DNA of 64,000 nucleotides from the human T2T-CHM13v2.0 reference genome, Homo sapiens. The stretch lies in NCBI RefSeq assembly GCF_009914755.1, contig NC_060930.1; one strand, given 5' to 3'. The translations under genes and the position numbers were made by a program. This document shows positions 52,290 through 64,000 of the stretch, in pieces (the stretch's first letter is position 1; each line of letters starts with the position of its first letter). A model generated the notes under the pieces. It did no database searches, was not told where the DNA came from, and worked only from the letters and a program-made list of their open reading frames with translations.

Positions 52290-52830
52290 GTGGGGATGGA
52301 GCAAAATTGGCTGGAGGACTGTGGAGGCAATTCAAATGAGATAAACGAATGTGTTCATTGGATCCATGGTAGGATTGAGATGGAGAAGATAGACTTGAAA
52401 TACATTGTAGAGACAAAGAGAACAGAAGTCTGGATTAAATGGATGTGGCAAAAAGGGAGAGGGATGAGATAGAGTGAACTCAAGTATTCTAGCTTGAATA
52501 ACAGACTGAATGATCATGCCACCAAATGAAAGGTTAATTATTGAAGTTGAGATTAATTTTAGGAGAAATGATAAGTACTTTTTCAGTATGCTGTGCTTAG
52601 AGAAAATTGTGGCGTGAAGAAAACTCTGGGAACCCTCAACAGTTAAGAGATAATTATTGGAAGAAGCTATGAGGAAGACTGAACAGGAGCAATTATAGAA
52701 AGTTATGAGGAGAACCAGGAGAGCACAGATCTCATGTGAGTTAAAAGAGGAGTGTTTCACTGAGAAACCAGTGATGAATGATGTTGAATGTGGCAGAGAT
52801 GCCCCATAATATAATGTCTGCAAAATAATG
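52290..52830 (-). mobile_element. L2 fragment
   Basis: Purine-rich antisense L2 motifs (ggagaaccaggagagc, ttctagcttgaata). Confidence 0.5.
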
Positions 52831-55039
52831 AAGCATTCTAGTGAAGTATTAATTTAATGAGGCCCTTAGGTACAGTTTATAGGAAATTGGTGAATGTTTT
52901 TCTTTGAGGAAAAAAAAAATCCTTGATTTATATTCATTACAATGCACTGCAAGGATAGGATGCTCTATTTATTGTAATAAATTGTCTCTAGTGCACATTG
53001 AACTTCCCAGTTAATTAAATAACACCATAATTCATTTCTATTTATGTTTTAGTGTTTTCCCTGGTGGAATCTAAAACATCCTTAATATCTTGGATCAGAA
53101 TGTATAGTGCATTTTTGGAGCTACATTAACTCTTTCCTCTTCAATCAATGCATCAAAGGCAATAATACACATGGTAAAGCCTACAGATGGAGGCAAATGG
53201 GGCTCATCGATCTGTATGATCAAGGACAGTTTTACATTAATTGTAAAAATGACCTCCTAAGATAGTCAGTTCTCTTAATGTGTAAATTACTTCCTGCGAG
53301 AATTGAATCATTTTTGAGTCAACAGTAATGTTTGCAGGTCATGATTAGTTATTGACATAGGCCAAGTTTACATGATATCCACAAAAGAAATGTTAAAAAG
53401 AGAGAATAGTGGGACTTTAATTCATACAGACATATTAGCATGTATAAATTTACACACACACATGCACACACACACACACACAGACATAATTAGAATGTAA
53501 GATAACAAGGTTCCAAATTTCCTGTTCTCTTCTAAGTTTCTTTGTTCATTACCTGATTGAATAGTAGATAACAAATTGATTTAACAAACATACATTGATT
53601 GTGTACTATGATCCTACACTATTCTGTACTCTGGGGATACAGCAGGAAACATAGCTTATATTTCCCCTCATCATAAGGCTTATAATTAGTAGGCATTAAA
53701 AATAAATAGAATAAGTAAATAGTAATATTAGTAAGTGGCATGAAGGACCTAAAATAGAGGAATTTAACAGAAAGTAATGGGTTGATAGTGTTTAATGTAA
53801 GTTGGATAATATATTTTAATTGCCCATTCATCATCCACCCTGTTACTCCACCTCCACATAACCCCAGTAATTATGTGTCTAACCTCCTGACCTCTTGCAA
53901 ACACTGGTCACAGGGGAAGATTATTCCTTTTAGAGCTCCAGCACACAGACAGCATGTAGTTGAGTACTAGGTTAATACACCAAGGTGTCTGAATGAAAAG
54001 TCTGTACTGTTAACCAGTATTTTGTTTCTAACAGGCCAGACATCTATCAATAACAATAAATGAAAGAACTCCTCCTTAACTTGAATATTTTGAAATGTAA
54101 AAAAAAAGAAACTATGTGTTTAAAGCTAATAATAACTTTAAAAACTTATAAAGTGATATTAATTTTCATTAAGGACATATGACACTTATTTTTCTGTATT
54201 TTTCATATGGTATGTTGATACATTTTTGTCCCTTTATAGTTCTGTAGTGGAGATCATTTCCTTGTATTAGGCCTGCATTAATATTTTAAAATAATATTAT
54301 CTCTATATTGCTTTACATATTTTATTAAAATTATCTATAATTTGTGACACATAGAAACAGGCCACAGTTTATTAAAATTTATTCTACTAACAATGCTACG
54401 TATTGTTAGAGCTTCTACCCAGTAAAAAGTCTAAAACTAATAATAATTGGTGAACAACCCATTGTTTTTCACTTTTATGATAATATAGCTTTCCACAGAT
54501 TCTATCTTTTGTTCATGTGTATTCTCTGCAATCCCTGTAGCAGCAGAAGAGTTTATGCTACTTGGTGAAAAAGTAACTTCCAGTTTCAGTTAGTTGAATA
54601 GAAATATGAACTCTGTCGCACTTTCTCTGTAATACTGCTCAATATTCCCTCTGATAACAGCAAGGTATGGGTTTGCTGTTTACTCATTTCTAATATGCAG
54701 AGTACACTAAGGTCTAGAAGAAAGAAGAGGTTACTGAGAATGAAGGAGTTGTGGACATCTATACACTTTAACAATGAAAGTACCTCTCTTCTTTAAAGGA
54801 TTTCAAATTTATGCCATTAAACCTGTCTGTAAAACTAGTTTACATATGTGATTTTGTATGTGGTCAAGTTAGCATTAGCTCTATCAAACTCCCCCATTTT
54901 CTGTCTTCTGACAACAGGCTCTTGTTTTAAGACCATGGGAGTAAGCATAAATGTCAGTGGAACTATTCACTGTTTCTTGGATTCACTTCCATTACTGGCT
55001 GCAATTCTTTACTCCTTCTGGATTCATACTCTTTGCTAT

Positions 55040-55412
55040 GTGATACTTTAGTTCCTTTACAAGAAGGAACTTAAAGAAGTGCAGTATATTTACTATCATT
55101 TCAGTTAACTTTGGATTTAGTCATGTGAATTGCTTTGATGAATAAAATGAAGTAGAATAGACAGTGTGCTAGATAGAATCCTAGACCCAAAGAAGCCTTG
55201 CATGTTTCTTCTTGCCATCTTGTGACTCTGCCATCACCATGAGAAGATCATGTCTAAGCTAGAAGGAGGATGACAGATGTGTGGAGCAGAGCTGAGCTGA
55301 CTAGACCAGATGAGCTATCCTTTGGACTTGTGAGCTTAATAAATGCTGGTGTATTGAGATGTTATGGTTGGTTCTTTATGCAGCATTATTTGGTTTACAG
55401 TTAAGTGATACA
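55040..55412 (+). mobile_element. MLT1-family LTR
   Basis: ctctgccatcaccatgagaagatcatg, aataaatgct, atgcagcatt..gtgataca. Confidence 0.6.
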
Positions 55413-57807
55413 CATCCCATATACCTAGTCTCGATTATAAGTTAAATATGAACAATGCAACAGAAGTAGGCTAATCTGAGTCCTTCCCTAGCATTTTATA
55501 TACCAAAACGTAGAAAAATAATCCTTCATCATCTAGGATCACTATGGTATATGGATCTTGCATATATTTATGGTCCCTGTAATAAAGAGAAAAGAACCCA
55601 CAGTAGTGGAAAATGATGTTGACCAAAAGGGATAGGCAGAGTTAGAGACAGAAAAAGAGAGATTTCCAACATTTGTGTCCCTGGAGTCTGTTATTCTTAA
55701 TACCATTTCCATTCTCTTTTTCAGTGGTGAAAAAGCCTGAGCAATATTGCAAGACACACACCACAAAATGTGAAACTTCTTGGGTTAAGGCCCTGAGAGT
55801 TGCCAGATCCTGAGCTAGAAAGATAAGTTTCCTCTGTCTTTCCTCTGCAAGAGATTCAAACCAATGACTGCTCGGTGCTTTAATCTTTTCCTCTCTTATT
55901 TACACTATGTTAATGATGTTTTATTTTTAAGTCTTTAGAGCATCTAGAATTATATTATTTATATATAATATGGAACTCAAATTTTATTTAGTCCATGTGT
56001 GTAGACAATCATCCTAATATAGTTTGTTAAACAGAATGTTCTATATCTTCAAAATGACAAACTTGTAATATATTAAATATCATATATGCTCAGGTTGGTT
56101 TTGTTTTTCAATTGTCTGTTTTATCTTTGCCCTGCCTTCAGCTGATACCAATTGTTTTAAGTACTGTATTTTTGTACTTGATAGACATGTTTATACATAT
56201 TTATACAAATATTTGTTATGATCATTTCTCCACCATTCTTCTTTTTCACTTTTAAAAATATTCTTAATAATTTCTCTTGGCTAAATTTCAGAGTCAGCTT
56301 GACAAGTTATTTACAAGGTTTTCTGTGTTGAATTTATAAACTACTATGGTGACAATAGATGCTTTTATAATATTAAATCTCCACATCCAGGAATATATTC
56401 TCGCCATTCCTTCAGTTTATATTTTATTTTCTTTTGTAGCCTCATAGATTTATTCATGTCATTCTTACACATCATTTCTTAAAAAGAATTACATTTGGAA
56501 AACTTAGTAGAAAAATGGTGATTGAATTTTGTCTGCTACCTTTTGTGAGCGAAGCAATGTACAAGAATACAACAGGCTTCAACTTAACGAGGCCATTTGA
56601 AAGCAAAAAAAGAGAGAGGGAATTATATCACTTTTCTAATAAAGGTTATTTTGCCTCTGGTCAATGCTTCTAGATAGCTGACAAGTGGGGAGACTAGAAA
56701 TAGTGATATTTGGGAAAGCCAGAGGGATATGGGGAAACCTAGTTCTTCCAGACTTATTCTTAAGCTATTCCCTTGTGAATTATTCTTCCAATAAATAAAA
56801 TCCACTTGGAAGTATCCTGGGGGACATAAAGCCAATTAATACTGTTTTTCCAAGGGAGTATGTTGTTTCATGTTAGTCTATGGTAGAAACCAAGACAGAA
56901 ACTGTTGATTAGAAAGATGTGTGGTTGATGGGAAAAAAGAAAATCACAAGTTTAGCATCCAGACTCAAGCATTGCTGTCTCAGCGAGAAGTCTAATACTG
57001 AATGTTTGCCAGTGGAGCCCTCCAGATTGAAAATGACATATGGTCATTTAAGTGTTAAGGGACAGGTATTGAGAAACCTCAATTCCGGCCAAAATGAGTC
57101 CAATATTTCTCAATACATATCACATCACCTTTGTGCTTAAAACTGGTTCATGGGAACATAGATATCTATATGATATTACTTTCAAAATAAGAATCTGTTG
57201 TCCAGTTTAGTGTCATATGGACAGTACCTAAAATAACACTCAAGCTAGGAAAACACAGCTAAAAGAAACTTTTCAGCCTATAGCTCTCTCCACCTCCAGG
57301 AACATGATTAAAAAATGGATGCACTATCACATCTCTGACTGACAGTGTATGGAATATTTTTTCTGCCTATTATATTGCTTCCTATTTCCCTATTTTTTAA
57401 TAAAAATTTTATGATGATTATGATTGCATTTTGTTCTGTGGTGGAAATTTTTGTCATTTGTTAAATAGTTTGCCATGTCAAGAGAAGACAAAAATTATGG
57501 GTCCAAAGATAGAATGCTGGGGAAAAGTTTTACTGTTAAGTAGAAAACCCAGGTTAGGATATATGAGATGAGGGTAAAGAATGGAAACAGAGTGTGTTCT
57601 TTAAAAGCAGAAACAAAAAAACAGTCTCTATCCCATGTTTATAAAACAAAGTCTCAGAGTGATGCTGATTGGCTGATAATATTTGGACAAAATGCTGAAC
57701 ATCTGGATAAGTTCTTGTTTGCAATTTTTCCAAGAAATGGTCTTTACAGTTCACATGAAATGACCAATACTGGTTTATGAAACTTTTGTCATTTTAGAAA
57801 AAGTAAA

Positions 57808-58600
57808 GTTTGATGTAAGAATAGACATTATAGGTAAATGAAATAGAATAGTGAGTTCAAAAATAGACATATACAGTATAGTCATTTGATTTTTGACAAT
57901 GTTGTCCAAGTAAATTAATGGGAAAAGAGTAGCTTTTCTTTTTTTTTTTTTATTATACTTTAAGTTTTAGGGTACATGTGCACAATGTGCAGGTTAGTTA
58001 CGTATGTATACATGTGCCATGTTGGTGTGCTGCACCCCGTAACTCGTCCTTTAACATTAGGCATATCTCCTAATGCTATCCCTCCCCCCTCCCCGCACCT
58101 CACAACAAGCCCCGGTGTGTGATGTTCCCCTTCCTGTGACCATGTGTTCTCATTGTTTAATTCCCACTTATGATTGAGAACATGCGGTGTATGGTTTTTT
58201 GTCCTTGTGATAGTTTGCTGAGAATGATGGTTTCCAGCTTCATCCATGTCCCTACAAAGGACATGAACTCATCATTTTTTGTGGCTGCATAATATTCCAT
58301 GGTGTATATGTGCCACATTTTCTTAATCCAGTCTATCATTATTGGACATTTGGGTTGGTTCCAAGTCTTTGCTATTGATATCATCTTCATTACAGTAACT
58401 TTATTATGTTTTGAAATCAGGTAGTGTAAGTAGTCTGTTTTGCCATTCTTATTAAAAATAATCTTGGTTCTCTATTGCTTTTGTATTGTTGCGTAAATTT
58501 AAGAATCAAATTGCCTATTGTTACAAAAATTATGTGTCAAGGTTGATTGTAATGTTTTTGGTGTATATTTCACTGTGGGGAGAATAAACATCCTAATAAT
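57808..58600. mobile_element. Ancient L1M ORF2 host split into + (57808-57938) and - (58378-58600) pieces
   Basis: aatagac..tgatttttgacaa..gggaaaagagtagcttttc on +; ctacctgatttcaaaac..aaagttactgtaat on -. Confidence 0.6.
57939..58377 (-). mobile_element. 5'-truncated L1PA3/4-like
   Basis: Poly-T plus ttattatactttaagttttagggtac; ORF2 end in 58157-58390; no direct TSD. Confidence 0.93.
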
Positions 58601-59562
58601 ATTAAAAAAAAGAAAAAATAAAGTTTGTACTTTTATTTGTAGATTAGGCAGCTGTGTTCAGATTAATTAGATGTATCACAAAGTGACACACCTAAGTTTG
58701 ATTAAACAGGAGGTTCTTTATTCGCAAGTTCTCTACTCATAGCTGTATACAGTAGTTAAGCATGAGCATGTCCCTTGGGAAAGGAAGACTACTATTTGCA
58801 GTTTTATGTGGGGGTTTTATGTGGGGCTATTTTATGTGAGATGCCTGGATATATTTTGGAAATATATAAAAACTCTATGGAATTCAATTCCAAAGGGACA
58901 ACCAGAGAGCTACTATATTATTATTATAATTATTGTTTGTTTGTTTGCTTGCTTATTTCTTATTTGTTTTTATAGGTTTTACCTCTAGGCTTCATCTCCA
59001 CCTTTCTTGCAGTAATAGCACCTGTCTTCCTGAGCATGGCAGGGGATAGGTAATCTAGACTGGTATAATTATATTTTTCAAATTATCTGAGCAAGATGAT
59101 TGGGCTGAGAATAGCATGTATGTCAATAACTCTCCGAGATTTTATATAGTGAAATCACTTGTTTATTCACTAAACAGTTTTTAGTACCCACTATGTTACA
59201 GATAATGTTCTTGGTACACTAGGAACATAGCAGTCACTAATAAAGATAAAGAAAATTGTTATCCTCAGGGAGTTCATATTTTTGTGAGAAGATGCAGATA
59301 AAAATTAAAATATGTATATATATGTTTGTGTGTGCATGCACACACACGTGTATATATATGGAGAGAGAGAAGTGTTATGAAAAAAATAATCAGGAAACAA
59401 GGTAGGAGATTCTGAAGAGAAACAGAAAATTTCAAATTTAAAGGAAGTGTGTGCCATACTAAGAATGTGAAATATGAATGAAACCTTGAAGAGAAGGACA
59501 AGAAACATTTTGGATATTTGAATCTGGATGAAATAAACCTCTTTAGTATTCAATGCAAATAA

Positions 59563-59980
59563 CTGTGATGTCTGATATTTTACCAAATTTGCAAGCTGAC
59601 GAGTTGCCTGCCACAGTTTTGTGAATGCTGCTATGATATACAAGACTCCTGGATTAGAGACAAAGGGCCATTTGTTACTCAGAGCAATAGCAGTGGTCAC
59701 AGAGTCATCATTTTTGCATGTTTTCTCAAAGTCCTAATTCCCCTATGGTGATAGGAAGAATACCAGATTATATCTGTAAACAAGTAGGTGGCATTACAGA
59801 ACAGGAACTCCAAGTTTAATAATAACAAATATTTTATGATGGTCCTAAGCATGCCTTATCCTTGTTCTAGAGGGAGACACTATCTCCATTTTCCAAGGCT
59901 GTTCACTATACAAACATTCTAGAAATAAGTGTTTAGAACCAAGGGTCATCAGTGCTTCACTCTCTAACACATGCATAAAA
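59563..59980 (-). mobile_element. ERVL LTR (LTR40-like)
   Basis: agactcctggattagagacaaagg..ttactcagagcaatagcagt. Confidence 0.5.
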
Positions 59981-60091
59981 AGGTTAGATCTATTCCTGAC
60001 TTTACATTATTTTAAGATACAAAACTACACAATCTTCTTTGCTTAAACTAGCTGAAGCAGTTTGACTTACATTTCAAATGATTTAGCCTTC

Positions 60092-60134
<43 letters not shown>
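60092..60134. repeat. (ATCT)10 tetranucleotide microsatellite
   Basis: Pure run, followed by a degenerate tatc/ctag extension to ~60180. Confidence 0.95.
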
Positions 60135-60754
60135 AATACGTCTTTCTATCTATCTATATCTATCTAGCTAGCTAGCTATACATGTTTACATATGTTTGTG
60201 AATGCTTAAACTCTTTTTTAAAGTATAGCCTGTGATGACCCATGATTTCTTTATGAAGTATCAATGGACATCTTCCCATCACTCTAAAAATATCCAATTG
60301 TGTTATTAAGTGAATCGTCACTAGTGTGTATTAAATATTCGCTGATCCATATTCTTTGCCAACCAGCCTAACATCAGGCTTTTTAGGAAAGTCTTGGTAT
60401 CTATTCAATGTATGCCTTACTTACTGCTTTTATCATATTTTAGGTGACTCAGTCCTGTAGAACTAGCAATTTCAAATTATAGTCAATTTTCTTTAGACAT
60501 ATAAAATTAAAATTGATCACATAATTTTAGCACATAGTAGCTCTCATGCATTTTCCAAAGGGCAATATTAAAAATATATATTTTAAAAATTATTAACGTA
60601 TTTTAAATGAGACGTCCGTGAGTAATTAAAATGCCAACTTGGAAGAGTGGAGACAAAGGTTCTTCAAGGCCAGTTATATCCTTGTCTTCATAAAAAAGAT
60701 TTATGGACATCACTACTTGGGTATATGCTAGTGTCATATGTTACATTATCTAAG

Positions 60755-60960
60755 TCAAATTCCAGGGTTAAAATCCCAGCTGTACAGCTTACTAGTCTTA
60801 TAACTTCAGATAGTTGATTTAACTTCTCTGTTCCTCCATTTCCTCATCTATGAAAAAGGAATAATGATATTACCTACCTCCAATGGTTACTATAACAAAT
60901 ACATAAGCTTTTTCCCCCTGTAATTTAGAATGGAGCTTACCACATAGAAATGATGCAATA
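60755..60960 (+). mobile_element. MIR
   Basis: ttaacttctctgttcctccatttcctcatctatgaaaa core. Confidence 0.7.
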
Positions 60961-62649
60961 ACTTTGTGTTGTAAATCTTGTATTTTATCTCATTCCTTTG
61001 TGACCATATACATACATCTATGAAATGACCACAATTATATTGCCACTTAAGGATGTTGAAGTCTTTTTCTTGAAACAGTTAAGTATCCCGTATGGAAATT
61101 GAACACACCATTCACTTTATTTGAATCTGGCTAAACCCAGATTAGCTAAATTGGCCTGGATACCAAGTTGGCTATAGTGGGCAAGTCATAAAGCAAGGGC
61201 ATCCATTTGGATACTGCAGTCTCATGCATTACTGACTTCAAAGTAAACACATGAATGCTGCTCTGTGTCATTGTTTTACATCAGGCATTTCTATGTTAAA
61301 TTATTATTATTCTAGAGAGTTCTTTTCTGTATGGAACAATTTTATTTATGTTGCAAATATAATAGGCCTATAGTGGGCAGGGTAATGTAGAACTGTACCG
61401 AGGGCATAATGCTGCGATTCTTGTGGCTTGTTAAGATCAGTGGGTGCACACAGAGACAATAGCACTAAGAAAATGATGAGATGATTATTACGTGTTTTAA
61501 ACCACAGTTAATTACACAAATTACACCTATTAAGTGAAAGAGAATTAACCATTCGCTTTGTATGCACCTATTTGTAGCAATAGGTAGCTTGGTAAATATA
61601 GCAAAACAAGGAATTAAAAAAATACCTATTGTCTCAAAAATATCACAAGAACCAGACAATATGGTTTGGTCCCTATCACTATTAGGTATATTCATATTCA
61701 CTCCTTTAGTTCATTGTAAGAATGAGAAAACAGTGGGTATCAATAAAATAGCACAAACTAAAAGTTAGTTAATATAGCAAAATGTAAAACACACATAGTC
61801 TCTTTCACATTATTCAAAGTTCTGGAACTTAATAATAATATAATCATTTTACCACACTTACAAGTACTGTTAAAACCTGTCTGGAACAGGGTTCTGGATT
61901 TTATAACCTGTGTAATAGCTAGGAGTAAGGAGAGACATTGCAAAAATAACCGAAAGATTTGAAGTTTGAGTAAGAATAAATAAGGAGGTAAGTAAGAACA
62001 ATTTTGACTTTTTTAGCCAGGAGAAGAAAAGAGGGGTTAATAAAATATTTCATTTGTGGGAAACTAATGCAGTATTTCCCATGCATGTTTGCTGTACTTA
62101 ATAGACCATGACAGCCTTAAGATTGTAGGCTGTCTACTATTTTATGACAATTTTGATGAGTATCTTTTTTTCTCCCCTAGAATGAGTATCTGGAAAACTT
62201 AATATATCACATATGTCCAAGGTAAGTGACAGATATTCTGCCATCACCATTAAAATTTCAAATGTTTCCTATGTCGTAGAAATCAGCAAACTTTGTCTCA
62301 AAGCTTCCATGAATATAAGGCACTGGGCTCAAGAAAGCTGGGAATTTAAGATAGGTAAATAATGCCATGGAGGCCAAAGCTCAGGATTTTAAAGATGATG
62401 GTTATCAACTTGCATTAGCCAATTTGCCCATATTTAAAACCTAAATTTACCTGTATCCTGGATGTGATAACATTTGCTGTTCTCCCAAGTGGCTTAAAAC
62501 CTTTTCCCCTTTGTGTTGAGCAGGGCTCTGTGCCTTTCCCACAGCTATGTCACTCCCCTCTTTCAAGCTTCCACCATTGAGGAAAGAATCATTTCTTCAT
62601 AGCTTCAAATAGATATTGTTGTAATTCTACTCAAAATTATCTAAAGTCT

Positions 62650-63165
62650 TCTTATTTCAGTGAACACAAAGGTAAAAATTTTAAATGGCCTGTAAGGACC
62701 TATATAATCAGGCTCCATTCCCTATATGAGCTGCTCATCATTTAGTCACCCCATTGCTCCTGCTGTCTAGCCAGAGGACTTCTCACTATTCATAAAACAG
62801 GGTGAACAGTTCCAAGCTCACCTTTGCACATGCATTCTCAATGAGGACAATTCTCATCCCTCTCACGTCGACACAACTCATTACTTTTCTTCTTTCAGCT
62901 CCTGCTCAATGTCTCCTAAGAATGAGACCTTCGAAGACCACCCTACAGAAAATAGTAAGCCACCCCCTGCATACGCTATACCCTTACATGCTATACAATT
63001 ATCTAGCAGACTTATCACCATTTGAGTAACTATATATTTATTTCCTTTCTTTTTACCTCTGCCACACATAAATTGCATGAAGATAATTTTTGTATGTTTT
63101 GTTTACCCCTGTATGCCCAGTACTTAAAACTATGCTAGGCTAGGCATAGAGTAATTCTTCAATAT
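62650..63165 (+). mobile_element. L2 3' fragment
   Basis: cctttgcacatgc, aatgagaccttc..gaccacccta, ccctgtatgcccag. Confidence 0.6.
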
Positions 63166-63174
63166 TTATTTATT

Positions 63175-63480
63175 TATATTTGGTTTGTTTCTTTGTTTGA
63201 AATAAGACCTTGCTCTGTCATCTGAGCTGGTGTGCGGCAGCACAATCATAGCTCTACTGCAGCTGTGAACTCCTGGATTCAAGTGATCCTCCCACCTCAG
63301 CCTCCTGAGTAGCTAGGACTATAGGCATGTGCCACCACACTCGGCTGATTTTTAATTTTTTCTGCATAGATGAGTCTCACTATGTTGCTGAGGCTGGTCT
63401 CAAACTATTGACTCAAATGATCTTCCTGCCTCAGCCTCTCAAAGTGTTGGGATTATAGGCGTAAGCCACCACACCCAGCC
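63175..63480 (-). mobile_element. AluJ-like
   Basis: caatcatagct..ctgcagc, ctcaaatgatcttcctgcc diagnostics. Confidence 0.88.
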
Positions 63481-63652
63481 TTGTCTGTTGAATAAATGAA
63501 AAATTGGAATAACAAATGAATGGTATTATCACCACTTACGTATTTGTCCGATTTTCCTTATTAAAATTCAACTCCAAGAGGGCAATTTCTTTTTTAGGTA
63601 TTTTAACTAAACAAGCAGTGACTAATTTGTGTCTGTTAACTTTTGAATTCTT

Positions 63653-63960
<308 letters not shown>

Positions 63961-64000
63961 GACATTTGAATTCTTGACAATAAAGGGCAAAAATTAAGGA

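Noticed and set aside
52332-52823. 163-aa minus-strand ORF
   Set aside because: Lies in decayed L2 sequence; no protein similarity recognised

Overview
Primate (probably ape or human) intergenic or intronic DNA. It is AT-rich and dominated by transposable elements, and I found no intact host gene. The main features are: (1) at 1-11230, three L1s nested in the same strand, whose 3' ends have recombined unequally into an apparently perfect 793-bp tandem duplication, followed by a fold-back inverted duplication at a tail-to-tail L1/L1PB junction; (2) a full-length old L1 (about 25690-32525) carrying a solo LTR; (3) a processed pseudogene of the mitochondrial NAD+ carrier SLC25A51 (MCART1), with its CDS remnant at 42727-43611. 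It appears to be a ~5.2-kb retrocopy with a still CpG-rich 5' leader, uORFs made from fossil L1 ORF2, and a long 3' UTR; (4) an L1PA insertion near 57.8-58.4 kb that seems to have been inverted together with ~130 bp of its target DNA. The rest is Alus, MaLR/ERV LTRs, DNA-transposon fossils, L2/MIR and microsatellites. Almost all ORF-track entries are L1 fragments or chance ORFs. Subfamily calls and comparisons with SLC25A51 come from recalled consensus sequences, not alignments. I see no evidence of a wholly new biological system. The best leads are the retrocopy leader and the L1-associated rearrangements.
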